Source of the DNA: an uncultured Alistipes sp.
GTDB lineage: Bacteria; Bacteroidota; Bacteroidia; Bacteroidales; Rikenellaceae
Length of the DNA: 64,000 nt
Direction of reading: 5' to 3'
Assembly: GCA_947364365.1 (NCBI GenBank)
Contig: CANASP010000011.1
Coordinates: 7,354-71,353, forward strand
Shown here: positions 21,089 to 30,417 of the stretch, one piece after another
How the letters are laid out: each line of letters starts with the position of its first letter
How positions within the stretch are numbered: position 1 is the stretch's first letter
Program-made: the position numbers and the translations under genes
Notes under the pieces: model-generated
What the model was told of the DNA's origin: nothing
Databases searched by the model: none
The model's input: only the letters and a program-made list of their open reading frames with translations

Positions 21089-21633
21089 TATCGTTGTATC
21101 AATTTATCAGAAGACAATAGCAATTCTTTCTTTTCCTCGTAAGATAATCCTCTCGTTGAAATTCCGTTATTATGCTGCTTGTCCGCATATTCGTCAACCA
21201 TACCTATTTTCTTTGCAGGAACACCGCCCCAAACCTCACCTCTCGGTATGGATTTCGTCACAACACTACCTGCTGCCACTATTACATTCTCACCGATAGT
21301 CACACCCGGAAGTAACACAGAATAGGCGCCGACAAATGAATTCTTTTTCACGGTCACTCTACCGAAAAGATCTGTGAATTCCGGGCATGGTTTAGAAATG
21401 GCATTGTCGTGCGTAATAATTCTTACACCTGTAGCAATTGTCACATTGTCTTCTATCGAAATAAGATATGTCTCAGGACCAATTATATCTGAAAATATTC
21501 CGCAACATTGACCTATTGATGCACCTTTAGAACGTAGCAGTTCTTGATATTTCACCTGGTTCACTAAGGGGTTGCTCCCTCTCAAGATTCGAATAATTTG
21601 CTTTTTTATCAGAGATACTAAATTAACCTTCAT
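21088..21633 (-). CDS. hexapeptide-repeat acyltransferase
   Basis: ITHD, FVGAYSVLLPGVTIG and WGGVPAK. Confidence 0.85.
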   Translation of the reverse strand: MKVNLVSLIKKQIIRILRGSNPLVNQVKYQELLRSKGASIGQCCGIFSDIIGPETYLISIEDNVTIATGVRIITHDNAISKPCPEFTDLFGRVTVKKNSFVGAYSVLLPGVTIGENVIVAAGSVVTKSIPRGEVWGGVPAKKIGMVDEYADKQHNNGISTRGLSYEEKKELLLSSDKLIQR

Positions 21634-22720
21634 TATACACGGTATTAAGGATTTTATGCATCTGACTTTCCCAACTCAAATCGGCAACAGTAGAACGTAT
21701 TAACTCGGGTTGGGAATCAATAATTCGTATAAATTCAATAAGGTTTTCAATGTTTATCGATGAATCATCTTGAGAAGCCTTGATTATATATGGTCTTCCA
21801 TCGAAATCCGAGTTATTCTCCGAATAAATGAACGGGATTCCGCGAACCGCATATTCAACATTTTTCAAGGTTTTAAGAGCCCTGATCCCATTTCTATGTC
21901 GCCCCAAGCTACCGATAGCTACATCACTTATATTGAATAGCTCATCCAAATCCTGTCCCCAAACTTCGCCTTTAAATACGACAATATCGTTCAGATCCAG
22001 GCTATCCACCAGTAATTTTAATTCTTTTATATCTTCATTTTCCGCACCTGAGACAATATAAAATTTCACCTTTTCCGAATCAACCTTTGACACATACTCC
22101 TTTAGGCCTCTGATAATTCTATCGAACCCATGCCAATATCTCAAGTTAGCAACACCTAACATTACAAATCCCTCGTGCTTCTCCGGCCGTCTAATCGAAA
22201 TTGTGGAAAAATCAATGCCATTGGAAATCCTTATGGTTTTCTGACCAAAAATTCTGTCATCTGACGAAAAAGTAACTATGTACTGAAATTGTTTTGCCAA
22301 AAATCTCCTTGTGAAGATATCTAAATAGGTTAATCTATTTTTATTCTTTACCTCGCCATCGTAAGGATAGGTTGGAATTTCCATAACACATCTGACACCG
22401 CTCCTTTTCATTCTGCGGAAAAACATAATAACAAAAGGATCACTTAATGCATTAAATCTATAATAGATGAACTGTATCTTATTATCAATAACAAAGGCCT
22501 CTATTTTTTTAAAGTAGTGTAATTGGCCTTTTATATCAGACACTCTTGCGATTTTACCAACTCTTTGTCCATCTATATTAAACCACAGATTATCATCTAT
22601 CATCCCTATGAAGGCTCTTTCAAATCCACAATTCTGGATAGCTTGTGCTTGCGCCTTGATCTTTTTCCCAACCCCCGTATGTGATCCAAAAGTTGCCAAT
22701 GTTAAATGTAACGCATTCAT
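21623..22720 (-). CDS. glycosyltransferase family 4
   Basis: GVGKKI, EIPTYPYD, WHGFDR and LKNVEYAVRGIP. Confidence 0.82.
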   Translation of the reverse strand: MNALHLTLATFGSHTGVGKKIKAQAQAIQNCGFERAFIGMIDDNLWFNIDGQRVGKIARVSDIKGQLHYFKKIEAFVIDNKIQFIYYRFNALSDPFVIMFFRRMKRSGVRCVMEIPTYPYDGEVKNKNRLTYLDIFTRRFLAKQFQYIVTFSSDDRIFGQKTIRISNGIDFSTISIRRPEKHEGFVMLGVANLRYWHGFDRIIRGLKEYVSKVDSEKVKFYIVSGAENEDIKELKLLVDSLDLNDIVVFKGEVWGQDLDELFNISDVAIGSLGRHRNGIRALKTLKNVEYAVRGIPFIYSENNSDFDGRPYIIKASQDDSSINIENLIEFIRIIDSQPELIRSTVADLSWESQMHKILNTVYNEG

Positions 22721-22910
22721 AGATTTCGAAATTTATATTCAAATTATAATTAGGAGAAGGTCGCCGCATTCACTTTGAAAGTCTCAGCATCTCATAAGAG
22801 AAGTGATAAAACTCATTGGATCGGTCAAATTTAGCATATTATCCCTGTGATGAAACTTGCCCGCAACAGAGCGTGAATATTATAATGTGAATTATATTGC
22901 TGTCATCTAT

Positions 22911-24986
22911 TTAGTCATTATTGTATTGTTTGAGGGTTTTCACAGCTTCACCGCAAAGCAACCCCATCTCTTTAAGACACGAATCCGAGAAATAAATCAT
23001 CCTTCCACATGCAGACGAGAGAGTTAATTCTCCAATATATACCTTGTCCGCAATCTCATAGAAATCAACCCGCATTTGAGGAAAACCTTTCGACAATTCC
23101 GAAGCTATCGAAATCATGCGATTAAGTTGAGAAGGCTTGGGCATAGGAACCAAGGCTTTCCTATGGACCGCATCGTAATTCAGATTGCCATCCTCTATCC
23201 GGGCCCAACTTTTGGCATCATATAGATCAAGAGTGCAATGTTGCTTCGTTCGCTCACTGCACACAAGGCATTTTTCAACATGCCCGTTAAAACACCAAAA
23301 TTTATAATCGACCAATGAAGTGGATTTTACCCTTTGCTTTGTGACATCCAATAATTCCTCTGCTATAATTTTAGGGCTAATTCTGAGATAGTGAGGCTCT
23401 GCCGAATCGCGTCCGAATTTTGAATTCAAAACAGCTGCAAAATATTTTCGAATTTCTTCTATATCTGTCGGGCTGTTCCTATCCACAATCCGGATATCAC
23501 CGCATCCATTATTGGCCTTCAGTACAAATTTTTCAGGAAGCCCTTCAAACGAGATATCATATGCATTGTCCCAAGTCCTAAGCAACGGAACTAACGTATC
23601 TTCGAATCCTTTTTCTTTGACATAGTCACGAACAGCGTACTTATCGGCAAGCACACTCCATTGAGTGGTATCGGTACAAAATTCCAACCAATTGATCCAC
23701 TGATTCAAATCTTCAGGATACTCCCAATTGATATGTCGTCCATATTCTTTTAAGTAAAGATAGTCCGCATACCGTTTAAAATTCCTTGTTTTTTTCCACC
23801 AACGGACTCTGATTCCATTGTAAATTCGCAGAGGCTTGAAACGAGCAAAATTCATTATGTTATTTTTTATATGCATAATCGGATTCTGATCAAGATACTT
23901 CATCATCATCCATCTATGGCTCTCACACTGAAACAAATTAAGAAAATGCACAGCATCCGCGCGAAACCTCTTCTTGCCAAACAATGGCTTGGCAAAATTT
24001 TTCAGCAAAGCAAACTTACTGAACGGTTTTGCTCCGCCCAATTGCAATGCCAAATTATAAGTTTCTTCAAGTGAATCATATAATGATGACAGATACTTTC
24101 TATAATCGATCTCGCTTGCCAATAAGTCATTTAAATAGTTGGCTTGTTCAACTCTCTTTGGAGATAGATCAACATCGATACATCTTGAAATAAAATCATA
24201 TTTCAAAAACTTCATGGATATTGAATTATCTTTAGTATCTACTACCGCAACATATGAATTAAACCATCCTTCACAAGAAATACTGTTATCAGTGACTTCA
24301 AATGCAAAATTCCCCAAACTGTATGCTATAAGGCAACCATTATAGATTTCCCAACCTTGCGGAACATGGGGATGAGAGGCGATTACACCGTCTGCACCTA
24401 AATCTATGAAAGAACGATACAATTCCCTCCATTCAGGTAGCGGCGCATCAGTATATTCAACACCTGCATGAATCAAAAGATATAACCTATCGACTTGTGA
24501 TCTAATTTTGCTGATTATAACCGGCACTTTGGGCGAGGTTACCATGGCAGTACCAAGATTATTTCCCGTGCTACAATCGACACACCCGAATTCCTTATGC
24601 GTCAACCCTAAAAAACCAACGGTTTCACCCCCAATTTTTATGATTGCTACCTCATAAGCAGTATTATAGGTTCCAATACCTGTAAGCGTCGGCGTATTAA
24701 AAGCCTCAATCGTAGCCTGCAAACCTTCTTCGCCATAATCCAACGAATGATTGTTGGCCAAAGTGATAAGATTGAAGCCGTGACGCTCTAACCATTCTGG
24801 GGTTTGAGCGGATTGGCTTAAGACTGGGCCTGACTTATGTATTGGCTTGCCGATAGCTATATCCACTGGGGCCTCAAAGTTTATCCCTTTGACATCGCAA
24901 TCATCCAATAGTTTTTGAAGTTCAGGCCCAATTGTGTGTTCCGATGGGGCTTTTATCACACAGTCTCCGCAAATAGCTATTTTCAT
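22911..24986 (-). CDS. CapA (PGA_cap metallophosphoesterase-like) + TupA-like ATP-grasp fusion
   Basis: Residues ~1-370: CGD, NFE, LANNHSLDYG, HAGVE, SHPHV, YSLGNF. From M378: LADKYAVRDYV, FVLKANNGCG, DYKFWCFNG, RVDFY..GELT. Confidence 0.8.
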   Translation of the reverse strand: MKIAICGDCVIKAPSEHTIGPELQKLLDDCDVKGINFEAPVDIAIGKPIHKSGPVLSQSAQTPEWLERHGFNLITLANNHSLDYGEEGLQATIEAFNTPTLTGIGTYNTAYEVAIIKIGGETVGFLGLTHKEFGCVDCSTGNNLGTAMVTSPKVPVIISKIRSQVDRLYLLIHAGVEYTDAPLPEWRELYRSFIDLGADGVIASHPHVPQGWEIYNGCLIAYSLGNFAFEVTDNSISCEGWFNSYVAVVDTKDNSISMKFLKYDFISRCIDVDLSPKRVEQANYLNDLLASEIDYRKYLSSLYDSLEETYNLALQLGGAKPFSKFALLKNFAKPLFGKKRFRADAVHFLNLFQCESHRWMMMKYLDQNPIMHIKNNIMNFARFKPLRIYNGIRVRWWKKTRNFKRYADYLYLKEYGRHINWEYPEDLNQWINWLEFCTDTTQWSVLADKYAVRDYVKEKGFEDTLVPLLRTWDNAYDISFEGLPEKFVLKANNGCGDIRIVDRNSPTDIEEIRKYFAAVLNSKFGRDSAEPHYLRISPKIIAEELLDVTKQRVKSTSLVDYKFWCFNGHVEKCLVCSERTKQHCTLDLYDAKSWARIEDGNLNYDAVHRKALVPMPKPSQLNRMISIASELSKGFPQMRVDFYEIADKVYIGELTLSSACGRMIYFSDSCLKEMGLLCGEAVKTLKQYNND

Positions 24987-26518
24987 AACTTAATCCGGGA
25001 TAAAATTCCTTGTTTGACTTTTTTGCAAACGCATCGTTCCTGTTCATCAAGTCCAAACTTATATATTAGCAGCATGTATCCAATCGTTATCAATACTCCC
25101 GCACCTAGAAATGCGATAAAAGGCACCTGACTCCTATAAAGCACACTATATGCAACAACCATAACTACAAATGGTATTGAGATCCTACAGAAAACGTTAC
25201 GTATAAAATTCATAATACTAAATCTGCCCGACCTTTTTACAAAAGGTAATCTGCAAAGGGAGCATACCAATTCAAAAAAGACGTAGCACCAAATTGAATA
25301 ACGAAGCGATATCCCACAATATAACATGCCATACAAGACGGGAAGTGTTAATATCTTAATAGTATTGATGATCAATGCATAGGACCTGACATTACCGATG
25401 GCCAGATTGGCCGTAATAAGCCCAGCCGTTATTTGATCAATTAGTGCAGTAATCAATATAACCCTACAGAATAGCTCACTATTTTCAGGCACTTCACCCA
25501 ACCATAACTTCAAAATATCATGGATAACGAAACATGTTGGTACTACAAGGATCGATAATAATAAGAAACTGAATTTAGATGCGACTTCAGCCAATTTAAA
25601 CATCCTCAGTCTATCGCCCTCTCCCTCCGCCTTAATTATCTGTGGATTAATAGCCATTATTAAGGCTGACGATATGAAGTTTATAGACCCACTTATTTGA
25701 AGCGCAATACCAAATGCCGCATTGACTACTGTACTGAAAAAACGATTTAGAATTATTGCAGTTCCTTGTGTTCGACCAACAACGCATCCGGTACTATACA
25801 GTTGCCAACCGATAAAAGAACTTATAGATTTAAAATAGCATTTGTCTAAAAGTTTAAGCTTGGGTATAATACATTCCTCATACTTCTTATGGGTATAATA
25901 TGTGTATGCAATAAAATCCATAACATTTATACCACACATCAGAATCCCATATGTGATTAGCTTATCATGCCCCCAGAACGTCAAGGCAATTGCGACAAAT
26001 ACTTTCAGAACACCATCACAAATCTCGATAATTGAGGTATACACCAAATTTTCATGAGAAATAAGAAGAGCCTTATATGGTGCTGTGAGAAAAGATAGAA
26101 TTACCATGAAAATAGTGCATTGATACACCATTTTTGCGGCATATATTCTGTCTGGGACGATGTTTAAAAATCCTTCAAATATAAATAGTCCAACGATCTC
26201 CAGTACAATCAGAATACCGATACTGAAGAATATATGGAGGAACACGCTGTTACTGAAAATTTGCTGTTGTAGCAACAAGCCACCCTTACTCTGATGATAC
26301 GATAAAAAACGTTGTGTAGTAGAAATCATAGCATTTGTAACGAATGCCAACATAGAAACCACACCGGCTATGAGTACTAAAATACCGTAATCTGCAATGC
26401 CAAGAATATTTAGAATCAGTCTTGTGCTATATAGAGACAATGCAATATTAATTATCGTACGCGTATATTGGGCACACGTATTTATAATCAATCTAACACT
26501 ACTGTTCTTCCCTTGCAT
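24983..26518 (-). CDS. wzx: Wzx-type flippase (MATE-like polysaccharide exporter)
   Basis: Many TM segments; LYSTRLILNILGIADYG and TQRFLS typical of Bacteroidetes flippases. Confidence 0.82.
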   Translation of the reverse strand: MQGKNSSVRLIINTCAQYTRTIINIALSLYSTRLILNILGIADYGILVLIAGVVSMLAFVTNAMISTTQRFLSYHQSKGGLLLQQQIFSNSVFLHIFFSIGILIVLEIVGLFIFEGFLNIVPDRIYAAKMVYQCTIFMVILSFLTAPYKALLISHENLVYTSIIEICDGVLKVFVAIALTFWGHDKLITYGILMCGINVMDFIAYTYYTHKKYEECIIPKLKLLDKCYFKSISSFIGWQLYSTGCVVGRTQGTAIILNRFFSTVVNAAFGIALQISGSINFISSALIMAINPQIIKAEGEGDRLRMFKLAEVASKFSFLLLSILVVPTCFVIHDILKLWLGEVPENSELFCRVILITALIDQITAGLITANLAIGNVRSYALIINTIKILTLPVLYGMLYCGISLRYSIWCYVFFELVCSLCRLPFVKRSGRFSIMNFIRNVFCRISIPFVVMVVAYSVLYRSQVPFIAFLGAGVLITIGYMLLIYKFGLDEQERCVCKKVKQGILSRIKL

Positions 26519-26576
26519 CCAATACTAATTTAACATGAAGCATTATCCAATAGATATGCGATATAGCTATTTATAA

Positions 26577-26755
26577 CTAACTACAGACGTTTAATTTGCT
26601 GTCCCACTCCAATATTAACACTATCAACGGTACATCGAAAACTCGTATCGTAGCAAACCACACAGACAGCCAGGTGTGACGACGACGAGCAGCAACAGGC
26701 CTAACGTCCGGAGAAAATCGACATAGGTATCCCTTGTCGAAGTGATTGTAGGCAT
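26577..26755 (-). pseudogene. remnant of an Acyl_transf_3 (OafA-like) O-acyltransferase
   Basis: ATG 26755 gives MPTITSTRDTYVDFLRTLGLLLLVV; after a 1-nt shift it reads HTWLSVWFATIRVFDVPLIVLI, then truncates. Confidence 0.6.
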
Positions 26756-26774
26756 ATTTTATCAATTTTTAAAA

Positions 26775-28088
26775 TCAGTCCCGCGAGAAGAGGTCTCTGG
26801 TATAGACACGGTCCTTCACATCGGTCAACTCCTCGCTCGTGCGGTTGGCGAGAATGGCCCGGGAAAGACGTTTGAACTCGGCAAGGTCGTTGACCACGCG
26901 CGAACCGAAGAAGGTCGAGCCGTCCTCGAGGGTAGGTTCGTAGATGATCACCGTAGCACCTTTGGCTTTGATGCGCTTCATTACCCCCTGGATCGACGAC
27001 TGGCGGAAGTTGTCGCTGTTAGACTTCATCGTCAGCCGGTAGACCCCGATCACGCATTCGTGTTCGGGAGCGCTGCCGAAGGCATTGTGGGCCGAATAGT
27101 TATAGTAGCCGACCATCTTCAGCACCTGATCCGCGATGAAGTCCTTGCGCGTGCGGTTGCTCTCCACGATCGCCGACATCATCTGCTGCGGCACATCGCT
27201 ATAATTGGCGAGAAGCTGCTTGGTATCCTTCGGCAGGCAATAACCGCCATATCCGAACGAAGGGTTGTTGTAGTGGGTTCCGATCCGCGGATCCAGCCCG
27301 ATCCCCTCGATGATGGCCCGGGAATCAAGCCCCTTGACCTCGGCATACGTATCCAGTTCATTGAAATAACTCACGCGAAGCGCCAAATAGGTGTTGGCGA
27401 ACAACTTCACCGCCTCAGCCTCCTTCATGCCCATGAAGAGCGTCGGAATATCTTGCTTGACGGCTCCCTGCTGAAGCAACGAGGCGAATTCGTGCGCCCT
27501 CTGTTCCAAAAACGCAATATCTGCAACCTTGCAGATAACCTCGTTCTCGTCAGCAAACTCGTCCTGCTCGATCATCTTCGGGTATCCGACAATGATCCGC
27601 GACGGATAGAGATTGTCATACAAAGCCTTGCTTTCGCGCAAAAACTCCGGAGAGAACAGCAGGTGGAACCGTTTGACTCCTCGGGCGGCATATTTCATAT
27701 AAAGACTGCGGCAGTAACCCACCGGAATGGTGGACTTGATCACCATCGTCGCTTCGGGGTTGACACGCAGCACCAGATCGATCACCTCTTCGATGCAATG
27801 CGTATCGAAATAATTCTTCACCGGATCGTAGTTTGTCGGCGCAGCAATCACTACAAAATCGGCATCACGATAGGCCTCCTCACCATCGAGCGTGGCTCGC
27901 AGATGCAACTTCTTTTCGGCAAGATATCTTTCGATATATTCATCCTGGATCGGGGAGCGTCCCGAGTTGATCAACTCCACTTTTTCGGGAATCACATCCA
28001 CGGCCGTAACCCGATTGTGCTGTGCAAGAAGCGTAGCTATGCTCAACCCGACATATCCGGTCCCCGCCACTGCTATATTTTTGTCCAT
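26775..28088 (-). CDS. ugd: UDP-glucose 6-dehydrogenase
   Basis: [27 protein letters not shown] and [10 protein letters not shown]. Confidence 0.95.
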   Translation of the reverse strand: MDKNIAVAGTGYVGLSIATLLAQHNRVTAVDVIPEKVELINSGRSPIQDEYIERYLAEKKLHLRATLDGEEAYRDADFVVIAAPTNYDPVKNYFDTHCIEEVIDLVLRVNPEATMVIKSTIPVGYCRSLYMKYAARGVKRFHLLFSPEFLRESKALYDNLYPSRIIVGYPKMIEQDEFADENEVICKVADIAFLEQRAHEFASLLQQGAVKQDIPTLFMGMKEAEAVKLFANTYLALRVSYFNELDTYAEVKGLDSRAIIEGIGLDPRIGTHYNNPSFGYGGYCLPKDTKQLLANYSDVPQQMMSAIVESNRTRKDFIADQVLKMVGYYNYSAHNAFGSAPEHECVIGVYRLTMKSNSDNFRQSSIQGVMKRIKAKGATVIIYEPTLEDGSTFFGSRVVNDLAEFKRLSRAILANRTSEELTDVKDRVYTRDLFSRD

Positions 28089-28140
28089 AACCTTTTGATT
28101 ATTTGCATTGGAATGTAGCCCAACTCTTCACAAAGAGTGT

Positions 28141-29070
28141 TCAGTTTTTCATCATTTCCCGTTGAAGATCATTGACGAGCGATTCGCAGAGGGCGGCGAC
28201 GACGCAGGAAAGCGCCTGCAAGCGGGTCGGTGCGAGAAGCGAGGACGAGGCGGACAGCGCGTCGAGGCAGCGGGCGATCCGACCGGCGGACAGGGAATCG
28301 ACGGGGTAGGCATTGCCCTGCATCGCCGCGTCGTACCAGACGGCGAATGCGGCGATCGGCGGCATGGAGCGGGAGAGCGTCTCCGCCGCGCGCGGGCCGT
28401 CCGCCGCATGCACATCTGTCAGGACCGCAGACATGCGGGCCGCAGAATGGCCATACGCCCGCCGGATCGCATCGTCGAAACGATCGTCGAGAAACATATA
28501 GGAGTAGCGGTTCATCACCTCGACGCGCTCCAGAGCCAGGAGCCCGGACACCCCCGCCCAGCCGCCGTGTCCGTCGAGCGTCCGGGCCCAAAGGTCGATC
28601 CGGTCGGACAGCCGGGGCAGCCATTCCGCGCCGGCAGCGTCGTCGGGATAGCACAGGTCGGCGATGCAGCGGCAGACGCACGCATGAGCCAGATCGTCGG
28701 CCCGCTCCTGCGTCGAATAGTCGTGCAGCAACCCCAGGGCCGCTTCGCGGCAGGCATCCGCCCGTGCGGCATCGTAGGAAAACGACGTCTCGCCGCTGAG
28801 GAAAAACGCCGCCGAAACCAGACGGGCCCGCCGTTCGAAATCGGACTCGCTACCGGCACGGCGCAGCAACACGGGAAAAAGCGCATCGGAAAGCCGGGCG
28901 TAATCCGATCGGCGGCCGAAGGCTTCGGCATCGCCGCAAACCACGGTCAGCCGATAGAGCGCGACGTAGACACGCACCAACGCCGACAAATCCTCGACAT
29001 CGCACGCCTCCGTCGGTCGTTTCTCCAGGAAGAGCGGCAACAAGGCCTGCAAACGGGCTTTCTTATCCAT
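28141..29070 (-). CDS. hypothetical helical protein directly downstream of upxY
   Basis: 309-aa ATG-initiated ORF, co-oriented and tightly packed between upxY and ugd; no recognisable motif. Confidence 0.7.
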   Translation of the reverse strand: MDKKARLQALLPLFLEKRPTEACDVEDLSALVRVYVALYRLTVVCGDAEAFGRRSDYARLSDALFPVLLRRAGSESDFERRARLVSAAFFLSGETSFSYDAARADACREAALGLLHDYSTQERADDLAHACVCRCIADLCYPDDAAGAEWLPRLSDRIDLWARTLDGHGGWAGVSGLLALERVEVMNRYSYMFLDDRFDDAIRRAYGHSAARMSAVLTDVHAADGPRAAETLSRSMPPIAAFAVWYDAAMQGNAYPVDSLSAGRIARCLDALSASSSLLAPTRLQALSCVVAALCESLVNDLQREMMKN

Positions 29071-29101
29071 GATGTTATCTTACTGTATTGAACGGAATCT
29101 A

Positions 29102-29659
29102 TCAATCGGCGCAATCCGCAACCGGTTCGATCAGATCGGGATGAATCGTCGCCATGGCAACCGCCACCACCCCTTCGACGGCGATGACCACCCGGCGGTC
29201 GCGCGCCCCCTTCACCTTGACGAAGACCCCCTCCTGACCGCAGAACGGGCCGCCGGTGATCCGCACACGGGTTCCGCGGGCCCAGTTGACCTCCTCGGGA
29301 CGCAGCCACAGCAGGTGGTCGTCGCAGGTTCCCGCCACGGCGATGAAACGCCGCATCTGGTCGTCGGGAACGACAATCATGCGGCCGGTCGCCGCATCGG
29401 GAATGTATTGCAGATAGCCGGCACGGGATTTGATCCGCTTGACGGTCGCCGGCGCGGCATGGACGAAAATCAGGTTGCGGATGGCCGGAACGAGCCGACG
29501 AACCCGGCGGCCGCGGATCAGCAGCGTCTGCTGACGCATGGGAATGAAGTGTTCGACGGCCTCCTCTTCGAGCAAACGCTTGGCCGCCATCTCCCGATGG
29601 AAAATGGCACGCATGGCAAACCAGGATTTTTCATCTCCCGTCGTTTCCGAAGTGTTCAT
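29102..29659 (-). CDS. upxY: UpxY family transcription antiterminator (NusG paralogue)
   Basis: WFAMR, EHFIPM, PAIRNLIFVH, VPDDQMRRFI and KOW motif GTRVRITGGPFCG; first gene of the polysaccharide locus. Confidence 0.92.
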   Translation of the reverse strand: MNTSETTGDEKSWFAMRAIFHREMAAKRLLEEEAVEHFIPMRQQTLLIRGRRVRRLVPAIRNLIFVHAAPATVKRIKSRAGYLQYIPDAATGRMIVVPDDQMRRFIAVAGTCDDHLLWLRPEEVNWARGTRVRITGGPFCGQEGVFVKVKGARDRRVVIAVEGVVAVAMATIHPDLIEPVADCAD

Positions 29660-29808
29660 AAAATCGATTGAAGGTCCGCCGGACGGAACCGGCCGCACTG
29701 GGATGGATATACCCCCGGTTCATCGCAATTCAGGCAAACAGCTGAATCACAATGCGTTATTTCGCACCGAAAGAAAATAGGCGATCTATGTCCGCGTGCA
29801 TCGGATAG

Positions 29809-30086
29809 AGGTTTCTACGCAAGAAACCGTCGTGTTTATGTATATTGCTTGTGGCCAATTGATTTTGTGCCTGATGTTGCGGCAGAATAGGCTTGTCTCG
29901 CGCGCGTTGTCCGCAATATCGGACATGTTTTTTTGTTCTCCGACAAAATCCCCTTTTGCGCCGGTCGATTGTTGTATGTCGCTTCGGAAGCCGTACTTAC
30001 ATAAATATATTTCCGATATTCGTTGGATGATTTCTGTATTTTATCTATATTTGTAAAGTCGTTGTGCGTCTCTTGCGTAGAATCCT
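29809..30086. promoter_or_regulatory. candidate invertible promoter (inverted-repeat flanked), oriented away from upxY
   Basis: IR-L aggtTTCTACGCAAGAaac (29809-29827) and IR-R gtcTCTTGCGTAGAAtcct (30068-30086): 12-bp perfect core, 17/19 overall. Internal GTTG-N20-TATATTTG (30022-30053) on +. Confidence 0.75.
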
Positions 30087-30195
30087 GCATCCGCCGAAAA
30101 CCGGCCGACGGCACGCACGACGAGGGTCCATCATCCCGCTCCGTAAGATCCCGGCACAAAAGACGCCGGGAAAATCCCCGACCCGAACAGACGAC

Positions 30196-30394
30196 GGCTA
30201 CGCCGAAGATACTCGCCTCGGCTTTTCGTACTTTGGCTTCGCCATAGATACTCTCATTCGGCAAACTGCAAACAAGTTTGTATTTGTCCTCGACTTATTT
30301 CGTATCTTTGACTTCGGCTACACCTCGGCTTAGATAATCTCGTTCGGCAAACTGCAAACAAGTTTGCGTTTGCCCTCACTTATTCGTATCTTTG
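30196..30394 (+). repeat. tandem array of promoter-bearing palindromic repeat units (one truncated, two full)
   Basis: Units 30196-30235, 30236-30310 and 30311-30394 share agata and end in ttcgTA(T)CTTTG. The two full units also share ttcggcaaactgcaaacaagtttg. Confidence 0.85.
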
Positions 30395-30417
30395 TCAATC
30401 AATACGATCACCCGATC

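Noticed and set aside
22721-22910. 190-bp gap inside the capsule locus as a possible gene remnant or internal promoter
   Set aside because: No convincing reading frame similarity, hairpin or TAnnTTTG found by eye.
30196-30394. CRISPR or tRNA interpretation of the tandem units
   Set aside because: No unique spacers and no cloverleaf; the units are contiguous and end in promoter boxes.
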